Positions 27,575 through 40,500 of a stretch of 64,000 nt of DNA are shown here, one piece after another. The position numbers and the translations under genes are program-made. Position 1 is the first letter of the stretch. Each line of letters opens with the position of its first letter. This DNA is from Nemertoderma westbladi. Its lineage: Eukaryota; Animalia; Xenacoelomorpha. Location: NCBI GenBank assembly GCA_032718475.1, contig JAUCBJ010006851.1:1-64000 (forward strand), written 5' to 3'. The notes beneath the pieces are model-generated. The model did no database searches, was not told the DNA's origin, and was given only the letters and a program-made list of their open reading frames with translations.

Positions 27575-29420
27575 AAAAATATCGAGACTTGAAAAATATC
27601 GAGACTTGAATAATATCGAGAGTAAAAATAACGAGAGTAAAAATATCGAGAGTAAAAATAACGAGTGTTGAAAATTAACGTGATTAAAAAATATCGAGAG
27701 TAAAAATAACACGAGATGAAAAATATCGAAAATAACGAGTGTTGAAAAATATCGAGTGTTGAAAAATATCGAGTGTAAAAATATCGAATGTTGAAAAATA
27801 TCGAGAGTAAAAATATCGAGTGTTGAAAAATATCGAGAGTAAAAATATCGAGTGTTGAAAAATATCGAGAGTAAAAATATCGAGTGTTGAAAAATATCGA
27901 GTGTTGAAAAATATCGAGAGTAAAAATATCGAGTGTTGAAAAATATCGAGTGTTGAAAAATATCGAGAGTAAAAATATCGAGAGTAAAAATATCGAGTGT
28001 TGAAAAATATCGAGAGTAAAAATATCGAGAGTAAAAATATCGAGTGTTGAAAAATATCGAGTGTTGAAAAATATCGAGTGTTGAAAAATATCGAGAGTAA
28101 AAATATTGCATTTTACTTGAGCATTTTATTTAGAATTATGGAACAATATTGCAGTGCATGGGTTACAACAGTGCAAGTGAATGGCATTATGTAATACACC
28201 TTGGGTACCCATTTACCAGATTTATTATACTAGCTAGGTTTTGCTATTTTTTTAATAAATATTATAAAAGAAGTGCTAGCTATAAATTTTGATAAATATT
28301 ATAAATTATTGTTAAATATTATATTTGAACACGTACCTTATAAGCTACCAAATGTTGATAAATATTATTGTTCTAGAACATTTTTAGTAAAAAAATTATC
28401 ATACAACCCTTATTTAAAAAAATTGTTACTATCAATATTTTTACTCTCGATATTTTTCAACACTCGATATTTTTACTCTCGATATTTTTCAACACTCGAT
28501 ATTTTTCAACACTCGATATTTTTCAACACTCGATATTTTTCAACTCTCGATATTTTTACTCTCGATATTTTTCAACACTCGATATTTTTACTCTCGATAT
28601 TTTTCAACACTCGATATTTTTACTCTCGATATTTTTCAACACTCGATATTTTTCAACACTCGATATTTTTCAACACTCGATATTTTTCAACTCTCGATAT
28701 TTTTACTCTCGATATTTTTCAACACTCGATATTTTTACTCTCGATATTTTTCAACACTCGATATTTTTACTCTCGATATTTTTCAACACTCGATATTTTT
28801 ACTCTCGATATTTTTCAACACTCGATATTTTTACTCTCGATATTTTTACTCTCGATATTTTTCAACACTCGGTATTTTTCAACACTCGATATTTTTCAAC
28901 ACTCGATATTTTTCAACACTCGATATTTTTCAACACTCGATATTTTTCAACTCTCGATATTTTTACTCTCGATATTTTTCAACACTCGATATTTTTACTC
29001 TCGATATTTTTCAACACTCGATATTTTTACTCTCGATATTTTTCAACACTCGATATTTTTACTCTCGATATTTTTCAACACTCGATATTTTTACTCTCGA
29101 TATTTTTACTCTCGATATTTTTCAACACTCGATATTTTTACTCTCGATATTTTTCAACACTCGATATTTTTACTCTCGATATTTTTCAACACTCGATATT
29201 TTTACTCTCGATATTTTTCAACACTCGATATTTTTACTCTCGATATTTTTACTCTCGATATTTTTCAACACTCGGTATTTTTACTCTCGATATTTTTACC
29301 CTCGATATTTTTACTCTCGATATTTTTTGAACTCTCGATATTATCGTTATTTTTCAACACTCGATGTTTTTACTCGCGTTATTTTTACTCTCGATATTTT
29401 TCATGTCTCGATATTTTTCA
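27575..29420. repeat. Inverted pair of satellite arrays (15- and 17-bp units aaaaatatcgagagt / aaaaatatcgagtgttg) with a ~330-bp spacer
   Basis: Array 27575-28105 and its reverse complement 28435-29420. Confidence 0.92.
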
Positions 29421-29938
29421 ATATAACCAAAAATGTGGTCGTTTTGGCGTAATCTTACGTTAATCTTACGGTAATCTTGCGTACCTAATCTTACGCCAGC
29501 CGCTATGGGGCGCTAAAAAAATTTTTTTTTCACATTTTTATTTACTATAGTTCATTCTCTATTCGATGGTATATAGCTTTCTGCGCATTTTTCAACCATA
29601 TTGGAGATATAAACAAATTAAAAAAAACACCAGGGGGGTCCCCCCCCCCCCACTTAACTTTAGGAATCCTGTCAATACAATGCAGAAATTAGCTGTACCG
29701 GTATACCTACTGCAGTAACCTAGTATTAAGGTTTGTTGATCATACCAGGATACCGGTAGGCAAAACTGAAAGAAGTTTGGAATAGACAGTGTGTTCTCAT
29801 TTTTGATGTAGTGTACTAGGACTTCAAGTCAGTCAGTCAGCCAGTCTCTTGTCGATTTAGTTGGTGTAGACACCATCAAAACTGGATTATTTTAAATATC
29901 ACAATAATATAAATAATATTATAAATAATAATCAACAG

Positions 29939-30079
29939 ATGTAGATGAGTGCGCTACTGATACTCACGGATGCATTGAAAGTGACACAACAACTGGAAGT
30001 TGTACAAACAATGAGGGAAGCTATCAATGTGAATGTAAAGCTGGCTTCATACCAACCGCCAATCCACAGATTTGCCAAG
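29939..30079 (+). CDS. Host exon encoding one calcium-binding EGF domain ([47 protein letters not shown])
   Basis: cag|..|gtaa boundaries, 141 nt, phase 1-1, six Cys with the DxDEC and CxNxxGSYxC consensus. Too short for the ORF track. Confidence 0.93.
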
Positions 30080-30369
30080 GTAATAAATAAATTTGTTTAT
30101 TATTATTAATACATTATTACACATTAGTTAGATGTGGGGCGAGCCACGAAGTGAGTGAGCCTTAGCGTTGGGGTACACATTAGTTAGATGTGTGTATTGT
30201 AAAAGACTGAAGACTATTATTATTAATTGATATGATAAAGTTGGTATAAAAGTTTCTGGTAGAAATTATTCTTATATAATATATAAATTTATTATTCACT
30301 AACTGGTAGTAGGTAAGTAAGTAATAAAATTTAAAAAATTAAAAATATAAATAATTAATTATAAAATTA

Positions 30370-30581
30370 AAAAATATAACAATACTTTGTTAGGGGAGTT
30401 AGCTGAGAAAATCTTGGCGTTAGTAAATAATATAACAATACATTGTTAGGGGGTTAGCTATGAAAATCTTGGTGTTAGTAAATAATATAACAATACTTTG
30501 TTAGGGGAGTTAGCTGAGAAAGTCTTGGCATTAGTAAAAATGTAACAATACTTTGTTAGGGGAGTTAGCTGAGAAAATCTT
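30370..30581. repeat. ~59-bp tandem repeat (4 copies)
   Basis: aacaatactttgttaggggagttagctgagaaaatctt is repeated. Confidence 0.9.
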
Positions 30582-31133
30582 TGTGACGGGATCCTAAGAT
30601 CCCGACCGGGTTAGATTTGTACGCGTCACCGTTCTGCTGGGCAGTTGTACTGGGTTTGGCCGAAGGCCGTCGGGGAAAAACAATAGAGTTTCTGATTCTC
30701 AATGTTTATACTCCAAGCAATAATAGCACAATCGGTAAATCAGTGATATCACGGTAAATTGGTAACAGCCGAAAATACACAGTAATATATGATGTTAGTG
30801 GCGGTGACGGTCATAAATTATGACCGGTCTGCAACTGAGTAACTAATGAACTGACCAGTAAATCAGTAATGCAGAATAATATATGATTAAAACACATGGG
30901 TATTGATTTCACCTCTTACTGTACTTGGCCCTCTGTACCCAGTGGATGCTTTCCTATCTCTAATCACGTGCTTCCCTCCCCGCTATTGGCTAATATACTA
31001 ATTGTCACTTTGGCACTCCCTGTGAGTGTTTCCCCCCGCTGCTAGCCTCTACTAGCCTGCTAGCCTTCAATACCTTGGTATTGTCTCATGATGTCGTATG
31101 CTGGCCTACCTGTGTAGACTTGTAAGTATTTAA

Positions 31134-31844
31134 GGGGGGGGTACACCATTTTCGGACAACTCTTCGATTTATCACTCTCAGCGTTTCAAAATTGTTTGAT
31201 TTTGGCTAAAATTTGGCATATAGGTGCCTAAGATGCTATTCTACATGACAGGTCAGAAAATATTTTTTTTTCGCTATTTAATATTAGTTAATACTAGTTA
31301 ACAACAAAAAAAACTTGGTTGCGCTTAAAACCCTAAGGCTTTTACAGTTTTGAACCTAATCACATGAAAGTTTTTTTATATGATAGATCAAAGATGGGGC
31401 AACATAACTATCAGGCGAAATTTTGTTAAAATAATTCTGCACCGCTAGGTGGCGCTGCAAATTTATGCAAATTTTTAGGTTTTTTATAAATAGTATTAAA
31501 TTTTATTAACAAAAAATTTCGAAAAGTTGCCTGATACTTTTATGCAGGGTGACTATCTAGACACCCACAGGAAGTTTCAGACTAATTACTCAAAAATTGT
31601 AGAAGTAGTAGGGTTTTGAAGTTGACAATTTCATGAAAAAAATATTTGGAGATAATCGACCTTTCATTATACATAGTAATAGTAATTTCAATAGGATTCC
31701 GTAAAGGGAAATTTACATAACTTGAAAACTGAAAGAGCTATTAAATAGCGGTTTTCAGATTTGGAAACACCATTCAATGGTGCATTACAATAGACCATAA
31801 AAAAAATTTCGACATATTTTGGACCAAAATGGTGTACCCCCCCC
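31134..31844. mobile_element. Non-autonomous DNA transposon (MITE), Kolobok-like
   Basis: TIR ggggggggtacaccatttt / aaaatggtgtacccccccc with TTAA duplicated on both sides. Purine termini favour Kolobok over piggyBac. Confidence 0.85.
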
Positions 31845-32110
31845 TTAAGGCACTCCGCCTGCATCAAGTTCTTCATTAAGATTTCATTGCTGTACAATAG
31901 CCGGAATTGCAGATATTCCTCCGGCTTACTACCATTGAATTTGAAGGGCTCCACCAGTGGCTGCTCGATCCTAGTCGCGTCGATGAGTGTTGCCATTCCC
32001 ATCGCTTGTACTTCTAGCGCGCTCGATGGTAGAGATACAGACTCCCTTGCTGTTGGGTGTGGTTCACACTTCGGGCCCATCGACTTTCCTTGCGTTGGAT
32101 ATATCATCGG

Positions 32111-32712
32111 TATCACGTTGGCTAAAAGAATCCTTTGTGAAGATTCTATAGCCAGGAAGGAAATAAGGAGGGCCGGTTGCGGTACTCCAAGTATTTCTTC
32201 CCCTGGGCCACGTGTAAGCCTTGACTGGGCTGATAATTCTAGAGCTCCTTTTATAAGGATGTCCAAACCTCCCAAACAGACTCCAGGCTATCCCTGAACC
32301 TTAATATAAATACCCAAACATGCCAAACCCAATAGAGTTACCTGATTGCCAAAGTTACCTTGCTCGCTTGACCGCGAGTGAAGCCCCTCTCCACGGCGGA
32401 ATAGAGTGACGGAAATATAAGTTGTAACCCACGATATAATAGAGAATGGACGACGGTCCCGGTGACCTGGTGGATTGTTCTAGGCGCTGGTGAGTAATGT
32501 TGTCTGTTATTGTAGGATTGGGAACAAATCCCATAAGAACTTTATGAATTTTCCCAGTCAGTAGTTAGCAGTACTGCAGTATGCCTACATCGGTAGGCTA
32601 CTCTCTGTGTTGCAGGAGTAGTGCAGTCGTGTCCTGTCACTTCTGCTGTCTGCTATCTGATGGATACCGGAAGTGTCATTTGTCATTTTACAGGCCACCA
32701 GGTGACGTCATA
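32111..32712 (-). repeat. E2 3' LTR
   Basis: Direct repeat of 43514-44115. Confidence 0.93.
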
Positions 32713-34562
32713 CCGCTCCCTAAAAAAATATTTATAAATTATTTATAAACAAAAAGGAAACTGGTGGTACAATCAAATAGCATGTAATCCCTTCACCAAT
32801 ATGACACACGTAAATAATTATATTGGTAACACAATACGTTATTAATAATTGTTGTAAACTACTATATTTGTGACTATCACATACTAAACTATTAATTATT
32901 TACGTAGTTGTAGTTAAGTATATATGGTGTATACATTTTGAGTTGGAACTCAAATTAATTAACTATCAGTAAGGGAAAATAAACTAACATAGGCATTTAA
33001 TTTACTTATTGCACCGTTATTACAACAACAACAAAAATTTCTAAAAACTTACGATTGAGTATGATTAACTCGAAATGAAATACTTAGTACTTGCTGGCTC
33101 CCATTTAGGCAAGGTTTCTCTAGGTAATGTTTGCTGAATATGCTGATCCAGTAAACACTATAGCCTGCGTTCTCGGGGGAGTTCGGAGGCGGCTTCAGTT
33201 CGCGCTCCTCCGCTCCAACTCCCTCTGTTTGCGTGGTGGCCGGCGTCCCTGGAGGGCGCTGGGCTTTGGGGATGGTGCGGGTCTGCGGGGGAATGACCTC
33301 GCAGACCATTATTAATTCACGGTGCACCATTTTTAATTGTTGTTAAATTTTATTGTCTTAATTGTTTTGTTCTGATTGGTGGTGGGATGCTGGTGCAGTT
33401 TTATATTTAATTTTGGTTTTATGGATATTATATATTTATGATGTAAACACTATTGCACTATATGTATAACTTAATATATATTCTTAGAATAATAACATGA
33501 TTAATATAATGGACTTTCTGAATAAAACTATATTACCGCAAGTAAAGTTATCATATCAAAGAAATTATCAACAAACCAAGTATTAACAATATAAACATTT
33601 CAACGCCAAATTAATCAAACTTCTGAAATTCAAATAGACACCGTTTTCGGGGACTGACTCCTGAAGGTCATTCACCCAGTGTTTTTCCCGTCTGCAGGCA
33701 ATTACCAAGGAAAGGTTGAGATAATTATTTGGTTCACCGGTAAGATAGATAACGAGTCGCCCATCACGTCACGCAGATCCGATCCGTCTAGGATATATAG
33801 GTCTAGCATCGGTCCAACGAAACATCTTTGTCCCAGGACGTCTGTGGTTCCGTAGTCTAGGTAAATAGCCGTTGCTGTGGGGAGTCAAATGGAGTATTCC
33901 AACGTTGGCGATAAGGCAATTAGTCCCTCACCCACCGTTCGATTCCCCCCAATAATAATAAACACATAGAGATAGCCTGGATTTTTCCTATATTATTATT
34001 ATGTTATATAGTATCACACTGTTTCATAATCAAAATCAATCCAATCAGGCGATTACCTCTTAAAATGTAAAAGTAATCAAATTGGTGATAACATAAATTC
34101 ACCAAACTGAAACCAAGAGGAAGAATAACTTCAGAGATTAATTATTTTTTAATTAACCAAACAGTTTTAGTTATAATAAATGTTATTTTTATTTTTTAAA
34201 CACTCCGACCCTCCTTCGGTCTAAAATGTATTTTATTAAGTCATTAAATTTTTCTAGAATTACTTTTGAAAGTTGGTCATTAATTAAAAATTTTATTGTT
34301 AACTATAAATTCAACAAATCTCAATAAATTTAAATAAATTTAAATTTATTACCGGAATTATGTTTATATGTCTCTATGTATGTCATATTTTGTTCTAATT
34401 CATGCGCTAGTTTCTTAGATCAGATAAATATGAACATCATACGATCTATTCATACTAAACATACAACGCATTATAATACACACATTCTTTGCTATATTAA
34501 ATCGGTTATCTGTATACAGTTTCAGTTAATAAGTAGAATCATTAAAGTTATTAACATGGCGT

Positions 34563-37500
34563 TTACGGTTTATGTTTGTCAACAGATTTCCGTTGGGTAT
34601 TTGTAATATTACTAAGGATCCACGGCTGATTATGTTGAAGAGGCTGAAATTGACCATATATACCTGTCTTCTCTGAGTCTTGTTCAAGGAGGCATAATTT
34701 CTGTATCGGTCTTTCGAGAATACTCCCATTCTGCGTCTTCAACTTAGCGCTTCTGACTAAGCCATCGCCGCTGTAGTTAGGTTCTAAGACAGTAGCTGTA
34801 AGCCAATCCCGCCGTGGCCGTACAGGGTCATGAATTAAGACGATATCACCAATATTTAGATTTGGTCGTTGGCAAAACCACTTCGATCTTAGGCGTTGAG
34901 AAGGTAAATAGTCAATCAACCAATTGTTCCAGAATCGTTGAGTCAGGAGTTGAAGAACTTTCCAAGTGCGTCGGGAATGAAGATCATTATCCTCCATTTC
35001 GGATATTGGTATCGTAATGGCTGGTTTAGAGAAGAGGAAATGTGCTGGAGTGAGAGCTTCAGCTGATTCAGAAGATTGCGAAATACGTGTTAATGGTCGG
35101 TTGTTCAAAACTAATTCGATCTGAGCCAACAATGTGCGCAACGCCTCATCATCCAAATACGTGCAAGTCTCATCCTCGGGCAACAGTTTGTAGAAAGCTT
35201 GTTTGACACTCTGTACCAGCCTTTCATAAGTTTCCCCATACCAAGGAGCGTGGGGTGGAGTAAAGTACCAGTCTATGAGGTTTATTTGATGATTATCAAG
35301 AAGCTCGTGTAGCGATTGCGTATTCCACTCATTGATATTCTTACGAAGCTCTTTCTCGGCTGCTACGAAGTTTCCTCCATTATCAGCGGTGATATGATGA
35401 GGTTGTCCGCGCCGTGCGATCAATCTGGACGATGCGGACAAAAACGAACCCATGTTAGCTTGATACAAAACGTCCAGATGGATCGCCCTTGTAGTCATAC
35501 ATACCGCCAATAGGCCCCATCGTTTGACAGTAGTTCTGGCGCGCTTAACTAATATCGGGCCAAACATATCCACTCCACAATTGGTAAATGCTGGCTCATA
35601 TGCCGCCATCCGAACGTTGGGTAGATCTCCCATCTGTTGCTTCATCAGTGGTGAGTTGTATCTCCGGCAGTGAAGACAATTGCGCATAACATTCCGTAGA
35701 TACTTCCAGGGTGAAACCAGAAAATAGTGTTGTCTCAAATGACTCAAGATATGGTCTCTTCCTGAGTGATTAAGTTCAAGGTGAGTGTCATGAAATAATT
35801 GTTCCAAGAGGAACGGTTCACGCAACATGATAGGATGTATAGTGTCATAGGACACTGGAGCCATTGTTAGGCGTGTTTGAACTCGAATATTCCCATTTGA
35901 CATGATTGTGGCAACACGCTGAGGGGGAATAGGATTATTATGTTGATGTTTCAAAAAAAGTTCTGGATCTGCTATTCTTTGTGAGAGGCGAAGTCTCATT
36001 TGTAAACTCGTCCTTAGTTCTTCTAGTGTTAATGGACCAACAAATCTAAGAGGTTTCTCGGTCGTCTTGGGATTATTTTGTCACCAACAATACCAATGTG
36101 CCATGCGATGGATGTAGCAAATATCTCGAATCGAGGCACGAAGACTTTGCTGACTGCTCAGAAGTCCTTTCATCCAAGGATGCAATCCTTTGTCTAAGTT
36201 TGGAAATTGAATCTCTTTACATGGGAAGGATGACTCACTGGCACCTTTGGGAATTGGGGTAGGATCATCTTCAACATTTATTATTATATTGGTTTCTCCT
36301 AAAATCAACCTAGATTTGGGGTGGTATACTCTATCGGGAACTATCTCCGCTCCCTTGGGGAGATTTAGATCTCGCAGTACATGAGGCCACTCATCTTCTG
36401 TCTCCCACAAGAAATATGGACCTTTCCACCATATGGAAGAATTGACTAATTCTTCTGCTGTTGAGCCACGACAGGCCAGATCAGCTGGATTAATGGTACC
36501 AGCTATATGACGCCATTGATATAGGAGTGATCGTTTTAATATTCGAGTCACCCGGTTTGTTATAAACACAGAGAGTTTATGTTTACGGTTATGCAGGTAT
36601 TGTAATACTATGGTAGCATCAGTCCAATAATATTGTTCTACCTTAAGAGTAAGTTCAGCTGTGATAATCTCAGCAAGTTCAGTTCCCAGCACAGCAGCTT
36701 GCAATTCTGCCTTAGGGGTTGATAGTTCCTGTTTAGGCATAATACGAGATTTTAAAGCAACAAAGGTTACTGAAAATATACCCTTCAACTCTCGTCTAAA
36801 ATAGGCCGTTGCACCCATCCCATTATCACAAGCGTCAACAAAGACATGAAGTTGAAGTTGTTCGGTTGTTTGCAAGTGAGGAAAGTATGTTCTGGGAATA
36901 GTTAATTGTTCTATATTTTTAAGGTCCTTTTCCCACTTACTCCAGGCCTCAAACAGAAATTGGGGAATAGTATCATCCCAATCTAAATCTAAAAGCCAAG
37001 TTTTCTTAAGCAAGAACTTAGCCCTCATAATTACTGGCGCAACATATCCAAATGGGTCGAAGACCTTGTGCATTTTCGAAAGGCATTGGCGTCGTGTTTT
37101 TGCTGGCACATTATCAATAAAGGCAACTGTGAAGTAGAACTCATCTTCTTGCATTCGCCAACGTAGTCCCAATGTTTTCATTACTGGGAGCTGCTCTACA
37201 TCTAAGTCTAGGGTAGGGGAGGCCCGTTCTTCTGGTGGAAATGTCTGTAGTAGTTCCTTGCTGTTGCTAGCGAATTTCACCAGTCGAAAGCCACCCCGGA
37301 GCAGGCAATCTTGAACACCATGAGCAATATCAATTAAGTTTCGACTGATTGGATGTGACTTAAGAACATCATCCATATAAAAACTATTCTTTATTGTTTC
37401 AATTATAACCTTTTTGAAATCATTGGCATTGTCATCAGCTGTTGCATACACAATACTCTCAGCATTGCTAGGTGAGGATATTACTCCAAAGGGTTGGCAC

Positions 37501-40500
37501 TTCATCCAATATTGGCTTGGCTCACCTTCAAGCTCAGTTGTCGGCCACCAATAATATCGGAGGCTGTCTTGGTCCACTGTGAGGGCACGTACCTGTAGAA
37601 ACATTGCTTCTATATCTGCTACGAAAGCTACATTAAACTCACGAAATCTAATAAGAATTCCTACCAAAGATTGTAATAAGTTTGGTCCAGGAAGTATCTC
37701 TGTATTGAGTGATTTACCTTTATATGTGGCATGACAGTCGAAAACAACTCGTACAGTGTTGGGTTTGTTTTCATGGGTTACAAAATGATGCGGCATAAAA
37801 TATGACCTGGGACCAAATTGTCGTTGGTCAGATGGAACCAATTCTGAGCAATCAATTTTAAGGTATTTATCCATTTGATGTTGATACATATCTAAATATT
37901 TAGGGTTCTTCTTCAGCCTTTTTCTCATGTTCAGAGCTCTATTATATGCTAGGCTAGAATTGTTAATAAGCTGTGGAGGATCATCCCGCCACAGCAGACC
38001 AGGTCTGATAATGTCCATTAGGCAAAAGTTTGCGCGTCCAATGCTGGATCTCCACAGCATGGAGGTCGTCTGGAGACATTGCTAATTTATCCTCATTCAC
38101 ATTAGTGCTGTCATTCTCAAGCCATTGTTGCATGGCCAAATCAAGAGTCATATTATCCAAGGCTGAACATTCTTCCTTATTATGATAATCATCGTGGGTT
38201 CTAGATGATTCACTATGAGTCACCAAGTGCATTAAGGTATCGTAAGTATCCTGAGTGGGCAGTTCAGTCGTGTCTCTACCTAAGGCTGCCAATTCCTGTT
38301 CTATGAATGTATCTTGTAGTCGACATACTGATTCATGAGTGAGTATTTCAATGTAATTTATACTCTCAGATTCTCTCTCTTTTAATGTTCTCTCTGATGG
38401 TCCCGAACAATACCATCCAAGAGGTGTTCATGCCGCAAATGGCGAACTGTATTTGGATGACCCCACTCCCAAGAAAGCTGCCGGAATTGTTTCTAAAACG
38501 CGAAAGGCTTCAGGGCAGTTCTGCCCTATGAGCATGACAACCTTAGGATCTTCAGCCGTTGCTAGAGGAATCTGGTATTGTTTGGAAAAATCATCACTCA
38601 ACCAGTCATGGAGAGTCCCAAGTGCGTTTTTTAAACCATTCATACATATAATTTTGATGTTCTCTGCCATTTCCCCTTCCACGTCATCCCTGGCTGGACT
38701 AAGTTTACCCTTTGCCACTACTGTAGGCATCTCTTGGTACCAGGCTATGGCCGTTAAGTGTAGGTTAGTTTCTTTGGTTACCCCAAACAACTGGTCGAAA
38801 ATATCCCCATCTAGAAAGGTAGTCGAGCTACCCGTATCTACAAGAACATTAACAATTGTTGAACCCTTATCGCCATTTAGTCTCAAGGTCAAAACTGGAA
38901 ATTCACGCACTGGACCACCTCTACGATTGAGTCTACAGGAAATTATGGCAGCATTATCGATAAAATTTGACTCATGTTCTGCAAACTCAGTAACTCCATA
39001 TTGATCACCAGCAGCATCTGAATCTGTCTCAGATTCTACTATTCTCATCGCAGCCTCTTCTCGTTTAGTTTCACGTGAGGTAAGTTCTTCTTTATGAAGG
39101 ATAGTGTGGTGGGCTTCACCACAAATTTTACAACGATTTTTATTCTTACAATGGGACCGGAGGTGGAGGCTTGATAAACAGTTGTAGCAAAGTTTTTCAC
39201 ATTGACAAAAGGATCTTCTTTTCTCTAGATTCATCTTATTAAAGTCTTCACATTTAAACAAGTTATGGGTATCTCCACATTTAATACATTTCAATTCACC
39301 TGTCCCTCTGGATACAGTTGGTTTGGGTGGGATATTTTGTTTAGAAGGTCGAGTGATAGCATTAAGAGCCTTGGATTGCTGATGTCTTCCTTTTGCTGGC
39401 TTATGCAATTTCGCCACTATCCGATTTAAGAACTCATCATCATCACTTGAGTCATCTGTTCTTACTGCATTTACCCTCGAAAATCTTTCAATATCTTTAT
39501 TAAGAATTGTGGTATTATTGGGCCTTGCAACAGGCATTAAAACAAGAATATCCACCTCTTCTTCCAAAAACTGGACAAAATGTTCAGCTTTGGCAATATT
39601 AGGATCATTCAATCGATGCTGGTGATGTAATTGTGCCTTTACCCATCGTCGATGAGTGGGTTCTGTTAACTTAGCTGCGAGATCGTTCAATATCTTAGTG
39701 TTATCTAGCTGAGGTCCAGCCCCGAGTTGATGCAACTGTTGGAAAGTCCATTTTACCTCATCTGCGAATTCAATTACCTTTTCAGGTTGGCTTACAGGTT
39801 CCATTTTCAAAAGTTTCTCCAATAATGATGCAATTATGGATTGCTCTCGACCATAACGTTTGTTCAAACCTTCCCAGGCCTTTATGAATCCATCCTGAAG
39901 ACCAACACAACTTTCTACCATCCTTAAAGGTGCATCTTCCACCATAGCCATCAAATAGTTCAAGTTTTCTTGATCCATCAAGTGGAATCCCAAAACTGCT
40001 GTCTCAAAGTGATGTCTGAAGGTTACCCAATCATCTGCAGCACCAGAAAATTTCTTTAACTTTATTTTCGGAAGATTTCTCTCAGCCGTAAGTCTATTCA
40101 TAGCATGTGCTATGGTTGGTTCCATCGATGAAGTATTAATTCTACTGGACTGAAGCATCCCTATATCCCTCGATACCAAAGGAGGTGGACACCCTTCACC
40201 CAGTGGAGCAGAAGTTGAATTTGATCTATCAATATTATCCTGGTATGTATTATTTACAAGTTGACTTCTAGAAAGGTTATTGTGAGTTTGACCTCCTGGA
40301 GAGTTCATACTACCATTGGAAGTTAGAGTTTCATGAGGGGGCAGTTGGGCCGTATCTGCATTGAGCGCAACTTCTGCTTGGATCCTATCCACATGATCAA
40401 AGCAACTCTTCCGAAGGTCCTTTAACCGTATGTCCATGTTCTTGGCTAGCTGACTTATGTGCTGTCCCCAGTGCCCATGGGGTGGTTGTAAACCCTGTAT

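Noticed and set aside
27524-29463. ORFs of 195 and 396 aa
   Set aside because: Translations of the satellite arrays.
33640-33945. Group I or lariat-capping ribozyme resemblance (aacggtggg..aacggc..agact..cagtc)
   Set aside because: Only short word matches, and I could not build the P3/P7 core.
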